Source of the DNA: Candidatus Micrarchaeota archaeon
GTDB taxonomy: Archaea > Micrarchaeota > Micrarchaeia > Anstonellales > J096
NCBI GenBank assembly: GCA_964467175.1
Contig: CAYXNY010000049.1
Coordinates: forward strand, 1 to 54,749
Direction: 5' to 3'
Length of the DNA: 54,749 bases
A program made the translations under genes and the position numbers. The notes beneath the pieces were generated by a model. It searched no databases. It saw only the letters and a list, made by a program, of their open reading frames with translations, and had not been told where the DNA came from. Below are positions 46,834-54,749 of this stretch, piece after piece. How positions within the stretch are numbered: the stretch's first letter is position 1; each line of letters opens with the position of its first letter.

Positions 46834-48007
46834 ACTCTCTTAAGGCAGAAGTAGCATAGCTTCCTTTTGCGAGGGAGAACCTAAAAACAGAACCGGAGAA
46901 GGAAAAATCCTTAAACGGAGAGAAAGCTGTCCTGCGGCCTCCTTTTGAAGAAATTTCCGGAAAAGAGCGAACGGAAAAAGCTTCCTTTGTTATCCCAAAT
47001 TTTTCGAGCAATTCCTCTTCGTATTTATTCAGCTCGGTTTCATAACCGACAACGTTCATCACAAGCCAACCGTTTTCCTGCTTTTTCTCTAGGTCTGGAA
47101 ATCCGTAGAAATTTTCCCCGCAATAATATTCGTTTTCCTTTGCATCCAGATCTTTGTTTTTTATCCTTTCGGAAAGTTCCAAATTGAACAGGTAGCTCTG
47201 GAATGCATGGATGAAAAGAAGGAGGGTGAAGCGGGGAATTTTTCTGAATGCATTCACAAAATCGTTTGGGTTTTTTGCAAGATGTTCGAGAACTTTTCTC
47301 TCCAAATGGAGGTGCTTAGGAAAATACTGGAGGGCTCTCGAAAAATTCTGCTCCTCTTTTAACCTCATTCTCGCTTCTCTTGCCTTTTCGTTATCCTCTC
47401 CTTCAACGTCGGTCAGGAATATTTCGGCTGCCTCTTCAAACCTGTTTCTCAAAATTGCCAGGCCAACCTTGTGCGTATTCTTCCTGTTGCTGCCGAACCT
47501 CTGTTCTCCAAAATAGTTTGGAAACTTCCCGCCAAGCTCAGAGTAGATTTTCTTGGCATTTTCTATGTTTTTTGCATCATCTATCTTTATTGAAAACCTA
47601 TTGCCGAGCAAACTTCCTAACCTGACCTTTTCTTCTTCATACCACGCGCCGTTTATCTTTATCTCGGGGAAATTTTTTGAAAGAAGCTCTTCTTTTTTCA
47701 AAGCGAACGCAGAAACCCTCTGCGTTGTTATCGCAACCTTATCTTTATTCCCCGCGTAGTTGAAGCGCTTGTGGGAGAGCCTAAGCCTTGAGGCTATGAT
47801 CCTTATGGCCTTTTCGGTCGTCCAGTTTTTTTTCTGAAGGACAAAATGCAAAAATTTTTCTCCTCTGTCCGGGAAAGTAATTTTCTTATCCAACTCCAAA
47901 ACCGTTCCATCCGGCAAAATCTCCTCAACTATAAAATTTTCAGGATAGGATTTTATTTTTCCGCCTATTCCAGGTGTTTTAGAAAAGTGGGAAAGACTCT
48001 CCAGCAT
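46817..48007 (-). CDS. truD: tRNA pseudouridine(13) synthase
   Basis: GKIK..PENFIVEE, YAGNKDKVAITTQ, GNRF, PNYFGEQRFG, FSLAKGSYAT. Confidence 0.96.
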   Translation of the reverse strand: MLESLSHFSKTPGIGGKIKSYPENFIVEEILPDGTVLELDKKITFPDRGEKFLHFVLQKKNWTTEKAIRIIASRLRLSHKRFNYAGNKDKVAITTQRVSAFALKKEELLSKNFPEIKINGAWYEEEKVRLGSLLGNRFSIKIDDAKNIENAKKIYSELGGKFPNYFGEQRFGSNRKNTHKVGLAILRNRFEEAAEIFLTDVEGEDNEKAREARMRLKEEQNFSRALQYFPKHLHLERKVLEHLAKNPNDFVNAFRKIPRFTLLLFIHAFQSYLFNLELSERIKNKDLDAKENEYYCGENFYGFPDLEKKQENGWLVMNVVGYETELNKYEEELLEKFGITKEAFSVRSFPEISSKGGRRTAFSPFKDFSFSGSVFRFSLAKGSYATSALREFMKSY

Positions 48008-48010
48008 GCT

Positions 48011-48481
48011 TCAACCCGTTATCAGAGAATTCACAAAACTTCCGAGGAAATACGCAAGAATCCCGCCGAAAAGCCCCATGAGAGTGTATTCAACAGAAAC
48101 GCGGATGTCTTTTGAACTTGCATACCCAAGAATTGCAAGCAGGCCAAGGCCTATTCCTGCTCCTGCATACACACCTATATCAAGCGGAAGGAGCAACAAT
48201 GGCAGGGCTTGGATGAGACCTGTCAAGAATGTAGCAAGAAAACCGTAGAACATAACCCAGAATATTTTTCCATGGTCTGTGAGCCCGTCAGCCTCTTTTG
48301 AAACATGGAGACCTGCTGCGTTTGCAATTCCGTTAGCAACTCCGCCCGCCACAACAGCGGCGACAACCGCAAGCGTACTGTGGGTGGCTGCATAAACGCC
48401 TAGCAGGATGCCGAGAACATTTATCACTCCATCCATCGTTCCGAATGCGACCGCGGACAAATTATGCTTTGAGGGCCTCAT
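48011..48481 (-). CDS. VIT1/CCC1 family membrane transporter
   Basis: AFGTMDGVI..LG and GVANGIANAAG.HVS motifs; hydrophobic. Confidence 0.8.
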   Translation of the reverse strand: MRPSKHNLSAVAFGTMDGVINVLGILLGVYAATHSTLAVVAAVVAGGVANGIANAAGLHVSKEADGLTDHGKIFWVMFYGFLATFLTGLIQALPLLLLPLDIGVYAGAGIGLGLLAILGYASSKDIRVSVEYTLMGLFGGILAYFLGSFVNSLITG

Positions 48482-48535
48482 GAGAGTATTCAAAAACCGA
48501 CCATTTTAAAAAACCTTAATAAAAACAGAAAAACA

Positions 48536-50611
48536 ATGATTCTTATAATCGCAGAAAAACCAAAGGTTGCAGGGAAGATTGCATCGGCCATAGGAAACGC
48601 AAAATTTGTGAGGGTGGGAAAGGCAGGGTACTATGCTGTTGGCGAGAACATCGCGGTCGCGCCGGCAGTTGGGCACATATTCACGCTCGCCGAGAAAAAA
48701 AGGGGCTTCGATTACCCTGTTTTTGATATTGAATGGGTTCCGTCATACAAAGTAAGCAAAAGCGCATATTACACAAAAAACTACCTTGATGTTTTCCAAA
48801 TGCTTGGAAAAAAAGCTGATGAGGTTGTCGTTGCATGCGACTATGACATAGAAGGAACGCTCATAGGATATAATGTTTACAGGTTTGCGGTGGGGGAAGG
48901 AAAAAAACTGAAAAGAATGAAATTCTCCACCCTCACTCCCTATGAACTGAAAGAAGCGTTTGAAAGTTTACAAGAGATGGACTATGAGAACGCTTATGCC
49001 GGGGAAGCGAGGCATGTGCTAGACTGGTACTACGGTATAAACCTGAGCAGGGCATTGATGAGGGCGATAAGCTCTGCCGGCGGAAATAGAATAACCATGA
49101 GCATAGGAAGGGTGCAGGGTCCAACATTGGGGATTCTTGTAAAGCGGGAGAAGGAGATAAGGAGCTTCAAGCCCGTACCCTACTGGGAAATATACGCGAG
49201 GATAAAGGGCGTGCAATTCATACATGAAAAGGAGAGGTTTTCTGACGAAAAGGAAGCGGATTTGGCGAGAGAGAGGACAAAAAAGGAAGGGGTTGTGGAG
49301 GAGATAAAGAAGGAAGAAAAGAAGATACCTCCAAACCCTCCATTTGACCTAACCTCCCTCCAGCTGGAGGCGAGCAGGGTTTTTGGGTTCTCTCCAAGCC
49401 AGACATTGCAGATCGCGCAGTCTTTGTACGAAGCATCCCTCATCTCCTATCCGAGAACATCAAGCCAAAAGCTCCCTGCGAGGTTGGGCTTGCAAAAAAT
49501 AATAGAAAGGATGAAGGAGCAAGAAGAGTACAGAAATGATGCTGAAAAGCTGATTGAAAACAAATGGTTCAGGCCAAGAGAAGGTGCAAAGGACGACCCG
49601 GCACATCCAGCCATCCATCCGACGGGCATAAAAGGAAGGGTTGAGGGAAACGAGAAGAAGCTCTATGATTTGATCGTAAGGAGGTTCTTCGCGTGCTTTG
49701 CTCCGCCTGCAGTAAGAGAATTTGTAAGCGTGAGGGTGGATGCAAACGAGAAGTACAAGGCAGTGGGCGCGAAAACAAAGGAAAATGGGTGGATAGAGTT
49801 TTACCCGTACGCGAATTTCAAAGACGAGGAGCTTCCGGAATTCAAAACTGGAGAGCTAGTCAATATTGAAAAGATAGAGAAAAACAGAAAGGAGACAAAA
49901 CCCCCAGCGCGCTTCACGCCGGCAACGCTCGTGAAGGAGCTGGAAAAACTCCATCTTGGAACAAAGGCAACCCGCTCCGTCATCGTGGATACGCTTTACG
50001 ACAGGCAGTATATTAAAGGCAAAAGCATAGAAGTTACGGAGTTCGGAATGGTGGTTGAGAGCGTACTTGGAAAGCATTCGCCCCAGATACTTGACGCAGA
50101 GCTTACAAGAAGGATAGAAGAAGATATGGAAAAAATACAAGAAGGGAAGATGATGAAAGAGGCAGTAATCGAAGAAGGGAAGGTTGTGCTTACTGAAATC
50201 TTGAGCAGGTTCAAGCACGAGGAAATGGAAATAGGAAAAGAGCTTTTGGGGTCGTGGAAGATAATGGACGCTGAGAAGAACATTGTCGGCAAATGCCCGA
50301 AATGCGGTTCTGATTTGAGAATAATAAGGATGAACGGAGGAAAGCAGTTTGTGGGATGTTCAAACTACCCCAACTGCAGAATGGCGTACCCGCTTCCGCG
50401 CAACGCCTATGTTCTGCCTACGGGCAAAACATGTAATGCGTGCGGCGCTCCTGTTGTAAAGGTTAAGATGGGAAAAAAGAGAATGTTTGAGATGTGCTTG
50501 AATTTTGAATGCCCTTCAAAGAAAAAAATAAAAAAGGATAATGAGAAATCTGCAAAGAAAACATCAAAAGGAAAAAAGAAATCTGATCGCAAAAAGAGGG
50601 TGGTGGAATGA
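48536..50611 (+). CDS. topA: DNA topoisomerase IA
   Basis: IIAEKP, ACDYDIEG, SIGRVQGPTL, ISYPRT (catalytic Tyr), C-terminal Zn ribbons. Confidence 0.97.
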   Translation: MILIIAEKPKVAGKIASAIGNAKFVRVGKAGYYAVGENIAVAPAVGHIFTLAEKKRGFDYPVFDIEWVPSYKVSKSAYYTKNYLDVFQMLGKKADEVVVACDYDIEGTLIGYNVYRFAVGEGKKLKRMKFSTLTPYELKEAFESLQEMDYENAYAGEARHVLDWYYGINLSRALMRAISSAGGNRITMSIGRVQGPTLGILVKREKEIRSFKPVPYWEIYARIKGVQFIHEKERFSDEKEADLARERTKKEGVVEEIKKEEKKIPPNPPFDLTSLQLEASRVFGFSPSQTLQIAQSLYEASLISYPRTSSQKLPARLGLQKIIERMKEQEEYRNDAEKLIENKWFRPREGAKDDPAHPAIHPTGIKGRVEGNEKKLYDLIVRRFFACFAPPAVREFVSVRVDANEKYKAVGAKTKENGWIEFYPYANFKDEELPEFKTGELVNIEKIEKNRKETKPPARFTPATLVKELEKLHLGTKATRSVIVDTLYDRQYIKGKSIEVTEFGMVVESVLGKHSPQILDAELTRRIEEDMEKIQEGKMMKEAVIEEGKVVLTEILSRFKHEEMEIGKELLGSWKIMDAEKNIVGKCPKCGSDLRIIRMNGGKQFVGCSNYPNCRMAYPLPRNAYVLPTGKTCNACGAPVVKVKMGKKRMFEMCLNFECPSKKKIKKDNEKSAKKTSKGKKKSDRKKRVVE

Positions 50612-51786
50612 AAACCGTATACGATGTAAACCTTAGGGGAAAGGTTGTTCTGAAAAGGATTGACCTGAATTCGCCCGTAAGCAACGGCAAGGTCATCCCA
50701 AATCCGAGGATAAGGGAGCATGCAAAAAGCGTAAGAGATCTTTCGGAAATGGGGGCGAAGGTTGTTCTTCTTTCCCATCAGGGAAGCCCTGGGGATGAGG
50801 ATTTTTTGAGTTTGGAGCAGCATGCCCTTCTTCTTGCAGAGGAAGTTGGAAAACCGATTAGGTTCGTGCCGGATGTTTGCGGAGAAGAGGCAAAATCCGC
50901 CATAAAGCAACTGAAGGACGGCGAGGTTGTTTTGCTTGAGAATGTGAGGTTCATGGAGGACGAAACGAAGGAGGAAACTGTGGATGAAGCGAAAATCGTA
51001 AAGGAGCTTTCCCCGCTCGCGGATTATTTCATACTCGATGCGCTGAGCGTCAGCCACCGGAAGCACGCGTCCGTTGTTGGGTTTGGGGGAAAACTCCCGG
51101 TTCTTGCAGGAAGAACGCTTGTGAAAGAAGTAGAGGCGCTTGACAAGGTGAGCAAAGGGGGGAATGTTGTATTCGTAATGGGCGGAAGCAAGGTAAAAGA
51201 TTCGCTGAAAATAATGAAAAACCAGCTGAACGGAAAGAACAAATTTTTGCTTGGTGGAGTGATTGCAAACCTTTTCCTGCATGCAGAAGGAAAAGATATA
51301 GGAGCTTCCATGAGCTACCTTATCACAAACGATATGCTGAAGCATACTGATGAAGTGAAAGAAATGCTGGCAAAGCACAGAAAAGAGATAGTTCTTCCCG
51401 TTGATTTGGGGGCAAAGATGGATGGGAAAAGAAAAAATGTAAGAGTAGGAGAAAAAATAAAAGGAGAGATTCTTGATATAGGGCCTGAAACAGCGAAAGA
51501 ATATGCTGAGGCCATAAAGAAGGCAAAGAATGTAGTTATGAACGGACCGATGGGGATGTACGAAATACCCGAGTTCTCTTATGGAACAAAGGAAGTGTTG
51601 AAAGCGATTACAGAAAGCAAAGCGTTTTCTCTAATTGGAGGGGGGCACACAACCAACGCGCTGGAAGAGCTCGGAATAGATGATAAAAAGATTGGCTATA
51701 TTAGTTTAAGCGGAAAGGCGTTTTTGAGGTATTTGGGCGGAGAAGAGCTGGTTGGAGTGGAGATGCTCAGGAAAAAAACCAAATAG
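50608..51786 (+). CDS. pgk: Phosphoglycerate kinase
   Basis: RIDLNSP, SHQG, LLENVRF, GGSKV, DIGPET, NGPMG, GGGHT. Confidence 0.96.
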   Translation: MKTVYDVNLRGKVVLKRIDLNSPVSNGKVIPNPRIREHAKSVRDLSEMGAKVVLLSHQGSPGDEDFLSLEQHALLLAEEVGKPIRFVPDVCGEEAKSAIKQLKDGEVVLLENVRFMEDETKEETVDEAKIVKELSPLADYFILDALSVSHRKHASVVGFGGKLPVLAGRTLVKEVEALDKVSKGGNVVFVMGGSKVKDSLKIMKNQLNGKNKFLLGGVIANLFLHAEGKDIGASMSYLITNDMLKHTDEVKEMLAKHRKEIVLPVDLGAKMDGKRKNVRVGEKIKGEILDIGPETAKEYAEAIKKAKNVVMNGPMGMYEIPEFSYGTKEVLKAITESKAFSLIGGGHTTNALEELGIDDKKIGYISLSGKAFLRYLGGEELVGVEMLRKKTK

Positions 51787-51826
51787 CTCAGAAAACTTTT
51801 TAAATGGTTTATTGGAAGGTTGATGC

Positions 51827-52108
51827 ATGTATACAGAAAAAGAACCCGGAGAAGAGATGGGAAAAGAAAGGAAAGCAAGGAGTTTCCAGGACTTCATGAA
51901 AAAAAATAAGGATGGAATAAAAAAGCTCAGAAAAGAATTTGAGGAGGCGACGGAAGCAGGCATTCAGGATTTGCTGTTTTTAATATGGCTTATAGAGGAT
52001 GACGAAAAAAAAGTTATCTCAAAGGCAAAAAGGCTCCTTTCTGAACTGTTCCATTCCGGCTGGATAAGCAGCCTGCTCTCGTTTAAGCTAAAAAGCGAGG
52101 GTGAATAA
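51827..52108 (+). CDS. Hypothetical protein
   Basis: 93 aa; TATA-like TTTTAAAT upstream; genome-typical composition. Confidence 0.65.
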   Translation: MYTEKEPGEEMGKERKARSFQDFMKKNKDGIKKLRKEFEEATEAGIQDLLFLIWLIEDDEKKVISKAKRLLSELFHSGWISSLLSFKLKSEGE

Positions 52109-52109
52109 G

Positions 52110-52244
52110 TTGGCTGTCAAAAACAATAACGACATCAAAAAAATAAAAAAAGGGGTCTGCCCGGTCTGCGGAAGCAAGCTTGTGCATGAAGAGGGTTGCG
52201 TTGAATGTCCTAGTTGCGGGTGGAGCGAGTGCGAAGTTGCTTAG
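52110..52244 (+). CDS. 44-aa zinc-ribbon microprotein
   Basis: [44 protein letters not shown]; TTG start 5 nt after GAGGGTGA. Confidence 0.8.
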   Translation: MAVKNNNDIKKIKKGVCPVCGSKLVHEEGCVECPSCGWSECEVA

Positions 52245-53358
52245 ACCTTATCAGCTTATAAACAACAATTGCAAATGCGATGAACATAAGAAATGAAATC
52301 AGAAAAACCGGAAAGAAACCGAATGTTTGCGCAAGAAAACCCCCACCGACGAGGACCAAGGTCTGAGCGATTCTGGTTGGAATGTGAAGGACTCCTATAT
52401 CAGTTGAAACCATGTCGCTGTTTTTTGTTTCTTTTGCGATTATAAACTCATGAAAGGCGAACAGCACTCCGAACGAAAAAGAAAACAGAAAAAAGAGAAG
52501 AACAAACAAACCCCCGGAGGACATCGGGATTAAGACCAGCGAGATGCTGAGAACGCACATCAAAAAAAGCATGCGCTCGAACATGTTTATTTTCAGAGAG
52601 GTTATGTACGATGCCAACGCGCTAAGCATGTAGAAAATGGTTAAAAAAAGGCCTATCTCCTGATAAGAAAATTGAAGCTGCCCGACCATGAATATGGGAA
52701 AGACAAACATTATCAAAAGGGTAAGGAGAGAAACTGAAAAAACCATCGCGAGGGCAGTCAGCCAGAAAGTCGGCTTTCTCTTTTTAAAAACTGCCCTGGG
52801 CAGATTTTTCAGGTTTATTTTTTTATGCTCGTTTCTTTCTTCAAGCGTGTAGGCAACGACGGCAAGAGCCAGAGAAACAAAGGCAAGGAATATGAATGTG
52901 TTGCCAAAGGATATGCTCGCGATAAGAAAACCGCTTAAAAAAGTGCCGGAGGCGATGGCGACCCTTCTGACAACATCCATAAAAACCGCGTCTTTTTCTT
53001 CATTTTTGTTGGAGGAAGAGTATATCGCCGTCCGATTAACCGCCCAGAACGACTGGGTGGATACCGCCTCGCTGACCTTTGCAACAGCAAAGTGCAATGG
53101 GGCAACAGCAAAGCAGTATATCGCATTCATGAGCGTTGCGGCCACACCATCCGCTATGAAAAATATTCTATAGCCTATGTGGTCTGCTACATAAGCAAAC
53201 AAGATTCTGAAAAACATGCTTACAAAGGGCATTACAGAAAGCAGGATCCCTATCTCAGACAAAGAAAAATTTTTGTATGCGAGATAGAGGGGGAGAATAA
53301 CGCTTACGGAGTAGAATATGAAATGGTCTAAGAAATTTATTGTTGCAATTTTTTTCAT
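52210..53358 (-). CDS. MFS transporter
   Basis: About 12 hydrophobic segments; motif A-like [11 protein letters not shown]. Confidence 0.88.
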   Translation of the reverse strand: MKKIATINFLDHFIFYSVSVILPLYLAYKNFSLSEIGILLSVMPFVSMFFRILFAYVADHIGYRIFFIADGVAATLMNAIYCFAVAPLHFAVAKVSEAVSTQSFWAVNRTAIYSSSNKNEEKDAVFMDVVRRVAIASGTFLSGFLIASISFGNTFIFLAFVSLALAVVAYTLEERNEHKKINLKNLPRAVFKKRKPTFWLTALAMVFSVSLLTLLIMFVFPIFMVGQLQFSYQEIGLFLTIFYMLSALASYITSLKINMFERMLFLMCVLSISLVLIPMSSGGLFVLLFFLFSFSFGVLFAFHEFIIAKETKNSDMVSTDIGVLHIPTRIAQTLVLVGGGFLAQTFGFFPVFLISFLMFIAFAIVVYKLIRSKQLRTRSTRN

Positions 53359-53426
53359 AGATGCAGGTGCTATCAATTATTTTTTAAACACTTCCATTAT
53401 GAAGAAAACATCTCTTGCAAAAGCAA

Positions 53427-53498
53427 GCCTCGGTAGCTCAGCGGTAGAGCGTCCGGCTGTTAACCGGAAGGCCGTCGGTTCGATCCCGACCCGGGGCG
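53427..53498 (+). tRNA. tRNA-Asn(GTT), no intron, CCA not encoded
   Basis: Acceptor GCCTCGG/CCGGGGC, D arm GCTC-GAGC, anticodon arm TCCGG-CTGTTAA-CCGGA, T arm GTCGG-TTCGATC-CCGAC. Confidence 0.97.
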
Positions 53499-53508
53499 TT
53501 TAAATTTT

Positions 53509-54360
53509 TTATTTTTCAATCCCAAGAATGCTCAGATATTTGAAGCCCGCATCTGGCACGATAAAAACAGGATATTTCGCTTTATTTAAATACTCCAAAA
53601 CAACCTTATAGATTGCGCCGGAGCTCTGCCCTCCAAAAACCCCCTCCTCCATAATAATTTTTTTCTGGTAGGCGATGGCGTCTTTTAAGGAAACCTCAAC
53701 AAACTCATCCAAAAGTTCCGGCTCCAAAATCTTTGCATACTTTTCCCTGAACGCAAAATTCATAAGCCCTTGGATTATCTCATTCTTCTTTGGCTCGACC
53801 GCAACTATCTTGATATTCGGGTTCTTCTTCTTTAAGTATTTAGCAACACCGGTGATCGTTCCGCCGGTCCCCAACCCGGCGAAAAAATGCGTTATTCTTC
53901 CTTTTGTTTGTCTCCATATTTCCTCGCCGGTTTTTAGGTGCGCCTTTACATTGCTCTCATTTGCAAACTGGTTTGCAAAGAAATAAATGTTTGGTTTTTC
54001 TTCCGCATATTTTTCAGCCTTGTTTATGGCATCTATGGGATCGTCTGCAAGCTCAAGCTCTGCTCCAAAACCGGTTATCATCGCTCTCCTTTCCATGGTC
54101 ATACAGCACGGCATTATTATCTTTACCTTATATCCCTTCACAGCCCCGACAAAAGCCATGGAGATTCCGGTATTTCCCGAGGTCGCTTCAAGGATGGTCA
54201 TTCCTTTTCTCAAACTACCGCTTTTCTCTGCGTCCTCAACAATCTGCTTTGCGATCCTGTCCTTCACAGAACCCGTAGGATTGTAGTATTCGAGCTTCGC
54301 GTACGCTCCGCATTTCAACTTAACCAAGGGCGTGTTGCCTATTGCTGAAAGGATATCCAT
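53509..54360 (-). CDS. Cysteine synthase family PLP enzyme (CysK/CysM)
   Basis: IGNTPLV, KLEYYNPTGSVKDR, EATSGNTG, GLGTGGT. Confidence 0.93.
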   Translation of the reverse strand: MDILSAIGNTPLVKLKCGAYAKLEYYNPTGSVKDRIAKQIVEDAEKSGSLRKGMTILEATSGNTGISMAFVGAVKGYKVKIIMPCCMTMERRAMITGFGAELELADDPIDAINKAEKYAEEKPNIYFFANQFANESNVKAHLKTGEEIWRQTKGRITHFFAGLGTGGTITGVAKYLKKKNPNIKIVAVEPKKNEIIQGLMNFAFREKYAKILEPELLDEFVEVSLKDAIAYQKKIIMEEGVFGGQSSGAIYKVVLEYLNKAKYPVFIVPDAGFKYLSILGIEK

Positions 54361-54423
54361 AGCAAAAAGATCAAAAGAAATGTTTAAAAACTCTCTTGGG
54401 CGAATAGGAGAACGGTGAGAAAT

Positions 54424-54720
54424 ATGAAGCAGAATGTGGGGATACTTGACCAAACCCTTAGGCTTGTGGTCGGCATTTTCTTGATAGTGCTTGGATTTTA
54501 TTACAGCAACAACTGGATATTGTACATAGTCGGCACGGTTGTCTTGCTCACGGGAATAATTGGCTACTGCCCGGTTTATGAGATGCTCAATATGAGCACT
54601 GTGCAGAAGGGCGAACTGCTTGCGAAGCCCGAAGTAAGGGTCAGCATGGGCCAGAAAACTAAGGCAAAGAAACCTGCCGGAAGAGCCAGAAGAAAGCCTA
54701 TGGGCAGAAGAAAAAGATAA
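54424..54720 (+). CDS. DUF2892 (YgaP-like) membrane protein with basic tail
   Basis: MKQNVG..D..LR, LLTGIIGYCPVY. Confidence 0.9.
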   Translation: MKQNVGILDQTLRLVVGIFLIVLGFYYSNNWILYIVGTVVLLTGIIGYCPVYEMLNMSTVQKGELLAKPEVRVSMGQKTKAKKPAGRARRKPMGRRKR

Positions 54721-54727
54721 AAATAAT

Positions 54728-54749
54728 TGCTCCGGCCGGGATTTCCGCA
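54728..54749 (-). tRNA. 3' end of a tRNA-Glu-like gene, interrupted in the T-loop and truncated by the window edge
   Basis: Minus strand reads TGCGG-AAATCCCGGCCGGAGCA; the last 17 nt look like an archaeal tRNA-Glu 3' end. Confidence 0.55.

Noticed and set aside
53427-53498. tRNA-Asn as an integration site
   Set aside because: No duplicated 3' end was seen; the fragment at 54728 has a different acceptor sequence.
1-54749. CRISPR array, cas genes, integrase or transposase
   Set aside because: No regularly spaced repeat-spacer run and no such protein motifs were seen.

Overview
This is a compact, gene-dense archaeal chromosomal segment. Gene content and sequence style suggest a metabolically fairly capable DPANN lineage such as Ca. 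Micrarchaeota; this is an inference, not a database result. The backbone is housekeeping: rpl1-rpl10-rpl12, ppsA, ahcY, aIF2beta-aIF1A-RIO1, purA/purC, a rearranged exosome superoperon, a complete A1Ao ATP synthase operon (H-I-K-E-C-F-A-B-D), dph5, a GGPP-type prenyltransferase, aRF1, carbonic anhydrase, glmS, trm1, truD, topA, pgk, cysteine synthase and tRNA-Asn. AT-richer orphan and secreted genes are interspersed. The most striking item is a TPR/PPR-hybrid protein between trm1 and truD. Its 34-aa PPR-like repeats share a 34-nt DNA block that differs only at the codon for the RNA-specificity residue. Other items not evident from the ORF track: a 176-bp palindromic MITE-like element with a perfect 7-bp flanking duplication; a circularly permuted L1-binding rRNA mimic over the rpl1 Shine-Dalgarno; a cysteine-free 41-aa RNA polymerase subunit P; an ATT-initiated HhH glycosylase lacking its Fe-S motif; a 44-aa zinc-ribbon microprotein; and a tRNA-Glu-like 3' end interrupted in the T-loop at the window edge.
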